Below are positions 55,780-64,000 of a DNA stretch of 64,000 nt, one piece after another. The stretch comes from Vulcanimicrobiota bacterium (GTDB lineage: Bacteria; Vulcanimicrobiota; Vulcanimicrobiia; Vulcanimicrobiales; Vulcanimicrobiaceae). The stretch spans positions 224,001 to 288,000 of the forward strand of contig CAWGBN010000007.1 in NCBI GenBank assembly GCA_963820825.1, in the 5' to 3' direction. Both the position numbers and the translations under genes were made by a program. The notes below the pieces were generated by a model. The model saw only the letters and a list, made by a program, of their open reading frames with translations. It ran no database searches and had not been told where the DNA came from. Within the stretch, counting starts at the first letter, position 1, and every line of letters starts with the position of its first letter.

Positions 55780-56494
55780 CGTCGAGGCGCTCTGGGACGA
55801 GCTTCGTGGCGAGTGCCAAGCCTCGCTCAAGGAGACCGTTCACAGCCACCTGCGCGCGTGCCCATCTTGCCAAGTGATGTACGAGCAATACGAAGGCGTC
55901 GCATACTGCCTCTCGTCGCTGCCGCGTCCCGAGCCGTCGTGCGATCTCGCAAAGAAGGTCGTCCATCACATCGCCGCCCAGAAGGGCCGGGCCTATCCAA
56001 TCGCGCTCGCCGCGCTCACCACGCCGATCGGGCAGCTCTACGTCGGCTTCAAGTGCGACCGCATCGCATATCTGAGCCTCGACACCGGCGAATCGCTCAA
56101 CGAGGTGATCGCACGAGCCGAGCGCCGGCTGCACCGGCGCGTCGTGGAAGGCGAGGCCCCGGCTTGGGTCGTGCGTGCGCTCGATCGTTTCTTCAACACC
56201 TGGACCCTCGAGGACGCGCTGCTCGACATCAGCGATCTCACGCCGTTCGAGCAGGCCGCGCTTCGCGCGGCGGCGCGCATTCCGCCCGGAGAGGTGCGCT
56301 CCTATGCGTGGGTTGCAACGCAGATCGGACGGCCAAACGCCGCGCGCGCCGTCGGCCGCGTCATGGCGCGCAATCCGCTTCCGCTACTCTTTCCGTGCCA
56401 CCGCGTCGTCGATTCGTCGGGCGATCTGCACGATTATTATTACGGAGTCGAGATGAAAGCTCGTCTTCTCCAGATGGAGGGCTACCGGGGCTAG
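55766..56494 (+). CDS. Zinc-binding anti-sigma (ZAS/zf-HC2) domain fused to O6-methylguanine-DNA methyltransferase (Ogt/MGMT)
   Basis: AAGGAG RBS; N-terminal MRC...HLRACPSC (Hx3Cx2C); TPIG; C-terminal IPPGEVRSY, AARAVG, NPLP...PCHRVV, K..LL..E. Confidence 0.9.
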   Translation: MRCRDVEALWDELRGECQASLKETVHSHLRACPSCQVMYEQYEGVAYCLSSLPRPEPSCDLAKKVVHHIAAQKGRAYPIALAALTTPIGQLYVGFKCDRIAYLSLDTGESLNEVIARAERRLHRRVVEGEAPAWVVRALDRFFNTWTLEDALLDISDLTPFEQAALRAAARIPPGEVRSYAWVATQIGRPNAARAVGRVMARNPLPLLFPCHRVVDSSGDLHDYYYGVEMKARLLQMEGYRG

Positions 56495-56512
56495 ACGCCA
56501 ACCTTAGCGAAG

Positions 56513-58087
56513 GTGGCGAATCTGGATCCTAGAATCGCGGCCATTCCCGACGTGCACGGCCATGCCAAGGGCGAGCACCGGCCGTACACCGAGGAACGAC
56601 CGATCGCGTACTCGGCGCGAATGCTCTTTCTTTGGTTCTACCACGCCTGCCGCCGCGACTCGCCGCGGTTCCTCATGGTCGCCGACCATGCGAACTACCT
56701 AACCTTCGAAGACCCCGGTGCCGTCAATACGGTCCGCCGCGCGCTGAACCTCGCGCAAGCCGGCGACCTGCTCGGCGCGGCCGAGACCGCCGGCGTCGAC
56801 ATCGGGCACGCGGCGGTCGTCTCCGAAGGGCTGCGCCGGGGCATGCGTTTCTCGATCGGCGCGGAGATGGATAACGACCCGCGCGCCCGCCCCGACGCGC
56901 AGAACATCATCGATGCGTTGCGCCCCGACGGAATCATCCGCTCGGTGCACTTCGTCCCCATCCAGCATCCCGAGAAGGGAGCCGATTGGCTCTGGCCCTT
57001 CGACAACGAGGAGTTCAGCGGGCTCTCCGAGATCGTCGGGACGGAGAAGCTCTGGGAACTCTACATAACCCGGCTGCTCGACGATCTCGAAAAACTGCCG
57101 GCGCACGTCGTCGGCCATTTTTACGTGCCGGCCGTCTTCGGGCGCTGGCCCGCCCAGAAGAAGCTCGAAGAGTACGAAGACCGCATGCTCGACGTGGCGC
57201 ACCGCCGCGGCCTGGCCGTCGAGGTCAACACGCGCTTCCTCTATCGCGATCATCCCGAGGAGCGGGTGAAGAAATACCTCGAGGCCAACGCGCGCCTCGT
57301 TCGCAAAGCGAAGGCGCGCGGCGTCGGAATAGCGATCGGCTCCGACGCGCATAGCCCGAAGGATCAGGGCAACGGCTTTGACGTCATCCTCAAGCTCCTC
57401 GACGACGCGCGAATCAACGAAGTCGTCTTCCCCGTCGCAGGGCGTTTAGCGCGCGTGGCGCTGCGCGCAACCCGCGAGCATCTCGAAGCGGAGGCGCAAG
57501 CCCGACGCCAGTCGAGCGCTCCGGGAAGCAGCATCACCGGCTATAGCCGCGCCGAGCTGGGACTTCCCGAAGAGGCCGAGGCCGCGGCGCGCGCCGGCGG
57601 CCGTGCAACGCGTGAGGCCGGGCCGAAGAAACGGGCCAGCGATTCGTCCCGCCCCTCGAAACGCACCGGAGCGGCTGCGCCGCCGAGCGCGAGCACCTCG
57701 CGCCGTAGCGCCGATTCGTCTTCGTCCGCCTCAAAAGCGAAGGCGGCCCGCGTCGCGAAGCCCGCACCCGCGCCGAAGAAGAAAAAGCCGGCGGTGAAAG
57801 CGCCCGCAACTCGCCCAGTCGCGGCGAAGAAATCGTCGCCGAAACGCGAGCCGGTGCGCAAGAAGACGGCGGCTGCGAAGAAACCGCCGATCAAGAAGCC
57901 GGTCGCCAAGAAGCCCGCGACCAAAAAACCCGCGGTCAAGAAGGCTTCGGCCAAGAAACCGCCGGCAGCGAAGAAAGCCGCCGCCAAGAAGCCGGCGGCG
58001 CGCAAGGCTCCAACGGCGCTACGGCCTAAAGCCGGGTACGCGAAGAAGAGCGTCAAAAAGAAGAAACCCGCGGCGAAGCGCCGCTAG
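56513..58087 (+). CDS. PHP-domain phosphoesterase (HisJ/PolX-PHP-like) with histone H1-like Lys/Ala/Pro-rich C-terminal tail
   Basis: DVHGH, DHAN, GAEMD, SVH, GHF, EVNT and GSDAH metal motifs; tail with repeated KKP(A/V)(A/V)KK. Confidence 0.8.
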   Translation: MANLDPRIAAIPDVHGHAKGEHRPYTEERPIAYSARMLFLWFYHACRRDSPRFLMVADHANYLTFEDPGAVNTVRRALNLAQAGDLLGAAETAGVDIGHAAVVSEGLRRGMRFSIGAEMDNDPRARPDAQNIIDALRPDGIIRSVHFVPIQHPEKGADWLWPFDNEEFSGLSEIVGTEKLWELYITRLLDDLEKLPAHVVGHFYVPAVFGRWPAQKKLEEYEDRMLDVAHRRGLAVEVNTRFLYRDHPEERVKKYLEANARLVRKAKARGVGIAIGSDAHSPKDQGNGFDVILKLLDDARINEVVFPVAGRLARVALRATREHLEAEAQARRQSSAPGSSITGYSRAELGLPEEAEAAARAGGRATREAGPKKRASDSSRPSKRTGAAAPPSASTSRRSADSSSSASKAKAARVAKPAPAPKKKKPAVKAPATRPVAAKKSSPKREPVRKKTAAAKKPPIKKPVAKKPATKKPAVKKASAKKPPAAKKAAAKKPAARKAPTALRPKAGYAKKSVKKKKPAAKRR

Positions 58088-58116
58088 CAACCATTTTCTC
58101 TATAGGGGACAAGGCA

Positions 58117-60162
58117 TTGGCGGATATCGAGCGCCTCAGGAATATCGCTTTCGTCGGACCGCACCACGCGGGGAAGACGACCCTCGTCGAGGCGATCCTC
58201 GCTCACACCGGAGCGATCAGTCGACGCGGCTCGATCGCCGATGGGACGACCGTCACGGATCACGAGCCCGAGGATACTGCTCATCTGCAATCCACGACCG
58301 TCGGCCTCGCCCACACCGCCGACGAAGGCATCGACATCACGATCGTAGACGCACCCGGCTTCGTCGATTTCTTCGAAGAGACGAAACAGGCACTGGCCGG
58401 CGTCGATGCGGCCGTCGTCGTTATCGAGGCCGATCCGGGCCGAATCGTTCAAACGCAAGCGATCCTCGACCATCTCGAATCGATGCAGATGCCGCACATC
58501 TTCGTCGTCAACAAGATGGATCGGCCCGGAGCCGATTTCGCGGGCACGCTTGCGGCATTGCAGAACGCGTACGGGCGGCACGTCGTTGCCGAACAACTGC
58601 CGCTCGGCAGCGCCGAGCATTTCAGCGGCTACGTCGATCTCGCAAAAATGACGGCCTTCAGATTCGCCCCGGAGTCGGGCGGCGACAAGGAAGAAGCAAC
58701 TCCCGCCGAGGCGACCGCGCAAGCGCAGCAGCTGCACGTCGAGCTGCTCGAGGCGATGGCCGATTTCGACGACCACCTGATGGAAGAGTTGCTCGAGGGC
58801 GTCGAACCGCCGTTTGAAGAGATCGAGCGCGACCTCTGCAGCGAGTGCTCGCACGATCAAGTCGTTCCGGTACTGGTCGCGGCAGGCGCGTCGGGAGCCG
58901 GAGTCGCGGCGCTCGTGCGCGCGATCGAGAAATGGTTTCCCTCGCCCGCGGATGCGCCGTTCACCGATGCGGAGGGGCGTCCGATCGCGCCCGACCCGAG
59001 CGCGCCGGTCATTGCCCGCATCATCAAGACGGCGATCCATCCGCAGAGTGGAAAGCTCTCGATTGCGCGCGTGCTCTCCGGAACGATCAAAGCCGACGCG
59101 ACGCTGACCAACGTCAGCAAGCGCGACGAGAAGGTCCGGCTCGGCGGCCTCTATCGGCTTCAAGGCAAGAAACAGGAGGCGATTGCCGAGGCGGGACCCG
59201 GAACGATCGTCGCGCTGGCGCGCCTCGACTCGGTATCCACCGGTGACACGCTTACCTCGAACGGTCATAAGGTGCTGCTCCCCCGCGTCCCGGTTGCGGA
59301 ACCGGTCTTCGCCGTTGCAATCAAACCGAAGGAGCGCATCGACGAGGCCAAGATCTCGACGATGCTCGCCCGCATCGTCGACGAGGATCCGGCGCTTCGG
59401 CTCGGCCGCGCCGACGTAACGCACGAGCTGCTCTTACTCGGCTGCGGCGAACAGCACGTCGCCATCGCCGTCGAGCGTCTGGCCCGCAAGTATAAGGTCG
59501 AAGTCGAAACGGCCGCCCCGACGATCCCCTACCAGGAGACGATCACCGGCGGAACCGAGATACACTCGCGCTACAAGCACCAGACCGGCGGCCACGGCCA
59601 ATTCGGCGACGTGTGGCTTCGATTCGAACCGCGCGAACGCGGCGCCGGCGTCACCTTCGAGGAGAAGATCGTCGGCGGCGTCGTCCCGCGTCAGTTCATC
59701 CCCGCGGTCGAGAAAGGCGTGCGCGAAGCGTTGCTGCACGGCGCGAGCGGTTACCCCGTCACCGATCTGCACGTAACGCTCTTCGACGGCCAGTACCACG
59801 ACGTCGATTCCAGCGAGATGTCGTTTAAAACGGCGGCCGGCATGGGCGTACGCGAAGCGCTTCCGAAATGCAATCCGGTCGTGCTCGAACCGATCGCGCA
59901 CGTGACGGTGACGGTTCCGACCATCCACACCTCGACGGTCATTCAGCAGCTCACCGGCAAGCGCGGTCAGATCCTCGGCATGAACCCGGCCGATAATCGC
60001 ACGGGCGTCGACGTCGTGGAAGCCTACGTTCCCGCCGTCGAGCTCTCGCGCTACATCACCGAGCTTCGCACCGCAACGCAAGGTCTCGGCACCTACAGCT
60101 GGCGCCACGAGCGCTACGACCCGGTACCCGGCAACAGAGTCGCACCGAAAGCCGCCGTGTGA
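58117..60162 (+). CDS. Elongation factor G paralogue (EF-G2/FusA2-type)
   Basis: RNIAFVGPHHAGKTTL, DAPG, NKMD, domains II-V (HQTGGHGQFG, YHDVDSSE, LEPI); degenerate switch I; stand-alone location. Confidence 0.92.
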   Translation: MADIERLRNIAFVGPHHAGKTTLVEAILAHTGAISRRGSIADGTTVTDHEPEDTAHLQSTTVGLAHTADEGIDITIVDAPGFVDFFEETKQALAGVDAAVVVIEADPGRIVQTQAILDHLESMQMPHIFVVNKMDRPGADFAGTLAALQNAYGRHVVAEQLPLGSAEHFSGYVDLAKMTAFRFAPESGGDKEEATPAEATAQAQQLHVELLEAMADFDDHLMEELLEGVEPPFEEIERDLCSECSHDQVVPVLVAAGASGAGVAALVRAIEKWFPSPADAPFTDAEGRPIAPDPSAPVIARIIKTAIHPQSGKLSIARVLSGTIKADATLTNVSKRDEKVRLGGLYRLQGKKQEAIAEAGPGTIVALARLDSVSTGDTLTSNGHKVLLPRVPVAEPVFAVAIKPKERIDEAKISTMLARIVDEDPALRLGRADVTHELLLLGCGEQHVAIAVERLARKYKVEVETAAPTIPYQETITGGTEIHSRYKHQTGGHGQFGDVWLRFEPRERGAGVTFEEKIVGGVVPRQFIPAVEKGVREALLHGASGYPVTDLHVTLFDGQYHDVDSSEMSFKTAAGMGVREALPKCNPVVLEPIAHVTVTVPTIHTSTVIQQLTGKRGQILGMNPADNRTGVDVVEAYVPAVELSRYITELRTATQGLGTYSWRHERYDPVPGNRVAPKAAV

Positions 60163-60175
60163 TCCTCCGGTTTTC

Positions 60176-60328
60176 GGCGCGGATCACGTGGTGCTTGGAC
60201 CGCTCGTCGCTCCACCTCAATGTTCCGCTCCGGCTGCGCCGCCCTCGCGCCACCCGCTAAGGAGAATTTTCCGACATCCTGTCAACGGCGCTCGGGTCGG
60301 AGCCCCTGCGCACCACGTAACCCGCGCC
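60176..60328 (-). other. About 153-nt structured element closed by a 19-bp stem (candidate ncRNA or MITE-like repeat)
   Basis: GGCGCGGATCACGTGGTGC (60176-94) pairs with GCACCACGTAACCCGCGCC (60310-28); the two mismatches become G-U on the minus strand. Confidence 0.5.
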
Positions 60329-60333
60329 TCGAC

Positions 60334-61968
60334 CTGCGGAACTTTATCGTCGCCTCGAGCGCGTTCGCCATTGCGCTTTCCGGGTGCTCTAGGGTTTCGA
60401 ATGAGGCGGGCGCCGGGCAACGCCACTCGTGGACGCAGCCCGGCGTTCTGCGCGTCGCGATTCAGAGCGACTTGAAGAATCTCAATCCGCTGCTGAACTC
60501 GAATACCACCGACGTCTTCATCGACCGGCTCATGTTCGAGCCGCTGCTGACGGCCGATCGCAAGGGGAATCCCCTACCGATGCTCGCGGTGCGGGTGCCG
60601 ACGCTCGAGAATCACGACATCAGTGCCGACGGTTTGACGATTACCTATCGGCTGCGCCGCAACGCGCGATGGACCGACGGCGTGCCGGTCACGTCGGGCG
60701 ACGTCAAATGGTCGTGGCAAGCGATCATGAATCCCGACAACAACGTCGTTTCGCGCCACGGTTACGACGACGTCGCGTCGATCGATACGCCGAGTCCCAA
60801 TACCGTCGTCATTCATTTGAAGAGCCGGTTCTCGCCCTTCGTCAACACCTTCTTCGCCGAGAGCGACCAGCCGTATATGGTCGCGCCGGCTCACGTGCTG
60901 GCCAAGTATCCGAACCTCAACCAGATTCCGTTCAACAGCGCGCCCACGGTGAGCGACGGACCGTTCAAGTTCGCCGAATGGTCGCGCGGCGATCACCTCA
61001 CGTTCGCGCGCAACGACGGCTTCTTCATGGGCAAACCGAGACTCGACCGGGTCGTCGCGCGAATCGTCCCCGACGAGAACACATCGGTAAACCTCTTGAA
61101 GACGCACGCGATAGATTACATGTTCCAGGCATCGCAGCAGACGTACCAGGCATTGCGCTCGGTGCCCGACGTTAAGCTCGCCTGGGTCAACGTCAACGGG
61201 TACTCCTACGTACAGCTCAATCTTGCACGGCCGCTCCTCTCCGATCCGCGCGTTCGGATGGCGATCGCCTATGCAATCGACAAAGAAGAGTTGGTTCGCA
61301 CCTTGACCTTCGGCACGCAGACGCTGGCGACGGCAGATATTCCCGATTGGATGTGGGCCTTCGACCCGCGCGTGCGCTCGACGCCGCACGATCCCGCGGA
61401 GGCGCATCGGCTCTTGCGAGAGGCCGGCTGGTCGCCGGGACCCGATGGAATCATGCGTAAGGGCGGGGAGCGCCTCTCCCTGGTCACGGTCACGAACAAC
61501 TCGAACGCGACGCGACGCCAGGAGGCGCTGCAGGTCCAGGCGATGCTCCGCCAGATCGGCATCGAAGACGCAATCAAATACTATCCCGGTGACGTGCTCT
61601 TCGCCCCGGCCGGAATGGGCGGCATCCTTCAACTCGGAAAGTTCGACATCACCGTCTCCGGATGGTACGCGGGAATCGATCCCGACGACAGCACCCAATT
61701 TACGTGCGAGAACTTTCCGCCCAGCGGATACAACTACTCGCGCTACTGCAGCCCGGCGATGCAGGCCGCTCAGCAAATCGCGCTCACGCGCTACGATCGC
61801 CCGTCGCGAATCACGGCCTACTATCAGATCCAAGAGCTGCTCGTGCGCGACAATCCCGCACTCTTCATCTACTGGCTGCGGCAGATGGAACCGATCAGCG
61901 TAGACTTCCGGGGGTTCGACCCCAACCCGGTCGTCGAGTCATGGAACGCGTGGCAATGGACCGTTTAG
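60334..61968 (+). CDS. Peptide/nickel ABC transporter substrate-binding lipoprotein (family 5)
   Basis: Lipobox LSGC; NLNP, DGLTITYRLR..WTDG, DGPF and VRMAIAYAID motifs. ORF is open from ATG 60220, but signal-peptide geometry suggests a start near 60334. Confidence 0.88.
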   Translation: MRNFIVASSAFAIALSGCSRVSNEAGAGQRHSWTQPGVLRVAIQSDLKNLNPLLNSNTTDVFIDRLMFEPLLTADRKGNPLPMLAVRVPTLENHDISADGLTITYRLRRNARWTDGVPVTSGDVKWSWQAIMNPDNNVVSRHGYDDVASIDTPSPNTVVIHLKSRFSPFVNTFFAESDQPYMVAPAHVLAKYPNLNQIPFNSAPTVSDGPFKFAEWSRGDHLTFARNDGFFMGKPRLDRVVARIVPDENTSVNLLKTHAIDYMFQASQQTYQALRSVPDVKLAWVNVNGYSYVQLNLARPLLSDPRVRMAIAYAIDKEELVRTLTFGTQTLATADIPDWMWAFDPRVRSTPHDPAEAHRLLREAGWSPGPDGIMRKGGERLSLVTVTNNSNATRRQEALQVQAMLRQIGIEDAIKYYPGDVLFAPAGMGGILQLGKFDITVSGWYAGIDPDDSTQFTCENFPPSGYNYSRYCSPAMQAAQQIALTRYDRPSRITAYYQIQELLVRDNPALFIYWLRQMEPISVDFRGFDPNPVVESWNAWQWTV

Positions 61969-62486
61969 GATCCTTGGAGGTTACCTGGCTTCGCAAAATC
62001 ATTGCGGAGCGCGCGCTGACGCGCGGCGATTACGTTTTGGCCGGCGGCGCGCGCAGCGATTACTACATCGATAAGTTTCGGCTCTTCTCCGATCCGCAGG
62101 TGCTGCGCCGCATCGCGCGGCTCTTCGGCCCGGTCATCGCCGAGTTCAATCCCGACGTCATCGCCGGCACCGAACTGGGCGGCGTCGTTGTGGCGACGGC
62201 CGTAGCCGCGATGTCGAACCTCCCGATGCTGGCCGTGCGCAAGAAGCCTAAGGCCTACGGGGCATTCGCAAACGACTACGTTGAGGGTCCGTACCACGCC
62301 GGCCAGCACGTACTGCTGCTCGAGGACGTGGTCACCAACGGGCGCGAGCTCCTCACCGCCGCAGCGCGTCTGCGCGAACTCGGCTTACGGGTGACGCCCT
62401 ACGCGGTGATCAGCCGCGGCCTCGCGCCGGTGCGGGCCTTGATTCAGTTCTCGCTCCCCTCCGACGACCCGAAGACCGACAACTAA
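61956..62486 (+). CDS. pyrE: Orotate phosphoribosyltransferase-like PRTase
   Basis: GDYVLAGGARSDYYID, GTELGG, VRKKPKAYG and LLEDVVTNG (PRPP loop); start uncertain. Confidence 0.8.
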   Translation: MDRLGSLEVTWLRKIIAERALTRGDYVLAGGARSDYYIDKFRLFSDPQVLRRIARLFGPVIAEFNPDVIAGTELGGVVVATAVAAMSNLPMLAVRKKPKAYGAFANDYVEGPYHAGQHVLLLEDVVTNGRELLTAAARLRELGLRVTPYAVISRGLAPVRALIQFSLPSDDPKTDN

Positions 62487-63244
62487 ACGACGAGCTCCAT
62501 CCCGTCCTCGGCAACCTGAACCGGACCGCCGAAGGCTGCGCTCGCCGCGCCGACGAGATCGGTTGGTGCGTCGCCGGCTGGATAGTGGGTCAGCAGCAGG
62601 CGCGCCACGCCCGCGCGTGCGGCCATCTCGCCCGCCTCCCATGCGCTGGAATGCCCGCGCTCTCCCACTTCCGTACCGAGCCCGAGTGCGGCTTCGCAGA
62701 GAAAGAGCGCGCTTGCGCGCGCGAGGCCGACGACCGGATCGCAGGGCGCGCTATCGGCGGAATACGTGATCGCTGCGCCGTCGCATTCGCAACGCATCGC
62801 AAAGGCTTCGATGTAGTGCCGAGCCGGGACGAAGCGCAGCGAGATATCCCGCACCGCAAGCGTCGTCGCCGGATCGTATTCGCGCGCGGCAAAGACGCTA
62901 TCGAAGAAGTCTTCTTCGGCATCTGCCGAGACGGCTCGGCGCAGCGCATCGAGCCGCGCGAGCCCGCCGGGCGGAAGCCAGACGGGGAGGCGCCGCTCGA
63001 TCGGAAGGCCTCCGTACTTGAGCGCGTAGCGAAGCGGCACGAGGTCGAAGAAATGATCGGCGTGCATATGCGAGACGACGATTGCATCGATCTTCGTGTA
63101 CGCGATCGCGAACTGCAGCTTCGAAAACGCACCGGTCCCGAAGTCGAGCACCACCGCGGTTTCGCCGCTGCGGATCAAGTACGAGCTCGAGGCCCCGCCG
63201 GGCCGGGGCGTGGCGGGGCTCGATCCGACGACGCGAAGCTTCAA
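62483..63244 (-). CDS. MBL-fold hydrolase (RNase Z/BN, YhfI-like)
   Basis: SSYL, DFGTG, SHMHADH, YSADS, LCEA, GHSS and LLTH motifs. Confidence 0.88.
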   Translation of the reverse strand: MKLRVVGSSPATPRPGGASSSYLIRSGETAVVLDFGTGAFSKLQFAIAYTKIDAIVVSHMHADHFFDLVPLRYALKYGGLPIERRLPVWLPPGGLARLDALRRAVSADAEEDFFDSVFAAREYDPATTLAVRDISLRFVPARHYIEAFAMRCECDGAAITYSADSAPCDPVVGLARASALFLCEAALGLGTEVGERGHSSAWEAGEMAARAGVARLLLTHYPAGDAPTDLVGAASAAFGGPVQVAEDGMELVV

Positions 63245-63657
63245 GGCAACGCCGCGAGCACTTCTTCCGCGTGCTGGTTCACGTTGACTTTCGGCCAGAC
63301 TTTGAGGATGCGGCCCTCGCCGTCGACGAGGAACGTCGAGCGCGCGTTGACTTCCAGCGCCCCATAAAGCTTCGACTCGGTATCGGCCAGGAGCGTGAAC
63401 GGAATCGCATACTTCTTCTTGAAACGCTGGTGCGATTCGACCGAGTCCCGGCTGACGCCGACGACGCGCGCCTTCTTCTCTTCAAAACGCCGATAGATGT
63501 CGCGAAACTGCGAGGCTTCGCTGGTGCAGCCGGGCGTATCGTCTTTCGGATAGAAGTAGAGCACGAGCGGACCGCCGAGCAAGTCGGTCGTCGTTACCGA
63601 CTCGCCTCGATCGTCGAGTACCGTCACGGCCGGGAGCCGATCGCCTTCGCCAAGCAT
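63241..63657 (-). CDS. bcp: Peroxiredoxin (Bcp/PrxQ, 1-Cys)
   Basis: LYFYPKDDTPGCTSEA, GVSRD and RSTF motifs; start ATG 63657. Confidence 0.92.
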   Translation of the reverse strand: MLGEGDRLPAVTVLDDRGESVTTTDLLGGPLVLYFYPKDDTPGCTSEASQFRDIYRRFEEKKARVVGVSRDSVESHQRFKKKYAIPFTLLADTESKLYGALEVNARSTFLVDGEGRILKVWPKVNVNQHAEEVLAALP

Positions 63658-63687
63658 TCTTAGACCTTTCCAGAAGTGAGGGGTATA

Positions 63688-64000
63688 GTGTCTTCGCCTC
63701 ACCCATTGGCGCAACGCCTTATCGAACGCCTGCAGTCGCGCCCGGCAAGCCGGGTTCTCGACTTCGCAGCGGGCAGCGGGCGCAACGCCGAGGCGCTGCG
63801 CCGTGCCGGTTTCACCGTGGTGACGGTCGCCGACGACGAGGCCGCGTCGGAGAACCCGTTGGCGCACGATCGCGGACCGTTTGCCGCGATCGTTTCGAGT
63901 CACGGATTTCTGCACGGCACGTCGGCTGCCGTCGCCGCTCGCGTGCGCTCGGTCGCCGAAGCGCTCGAGCGGGGCGGCCGGCTCTACGCCACCTTCGGTT
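63688..64000 (+). CDS. Class I SAM-dependent methyltransferase, N-terminal part (runs off window)
   Basis: Manual translation from GTG 63688 (GAGGGG RBS): MSSPHPLAQRLIERLQSRPASRVLDFAAGSGRNAEALRRAGFTV. Confidence 0.7.
   Translation, partial: MSSPHPLAQRLIERLQSRPASRVLDFAAGSGRNAEALRRAGFTVVTVADDEAASENPLAHDRGPFAAIVSSHGFLHGTSAAVAARVRSVAEALERGGRLYATFG

Noticed and set aside
57700..58084. DNA tandem repeat (AAGAAGCCG-like units)
   Set aside because: Explained by the Lys/Ala/Pro-rich coding tail with synonymous variation; the same holds for Pro/Thr linkers near 33620-33690, 34450-34640 and 52320-52660.

Overview
A GC-rich, gene-dense bacterial chromosomal segment with about 65 CDS and no rRNA, tRNA, CRISPR array, prophage or transposase that I can recognise. 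TolC, a beta-barrel protein and Terrabacteria-like gene order (miaB-mutS...mutL-miaA, sufCDSU, M-box) point to a diderm Terrabacteria lineage; the lineage-typical secreted proteins resemble Vulcanimicrobiota/Ca. Eremiobacterota, which is my inference. Most content is housekeeping: dapF, miaA, mutL, mutS, miaB, der, plsY, efp, fumC, ndh, folD, suf genes, actP, an EF-G paralogue, pyrE and bcp. Best candidate for an undescribed system: an ECF sigma factor (55111-55779) overlapping a gene that fuses a zinc-binding anti-sigma (ZAS) domain to an O6-alkylguanine-DNA alkyltransferase (55766-56494). It is followed by a PHP phosphoesterase with a histone-H1-like tail and an EF-G paralogue, suggesting a sigma/anti-sigma analogue of the Ada alkylation response. 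Also notable: an M-box riboswitch controlling unannotated small ORFs and an NRAMP-type Mg2+ transporter inserted antisense between mutS and mutL; a suf cluster lacking sufB with an atypical second U-type scaffold; and several long intergenic hairpins. miaB and der carry frameshifts that look like assembly errors. All calls come from reading the sequence; no database searches were run.
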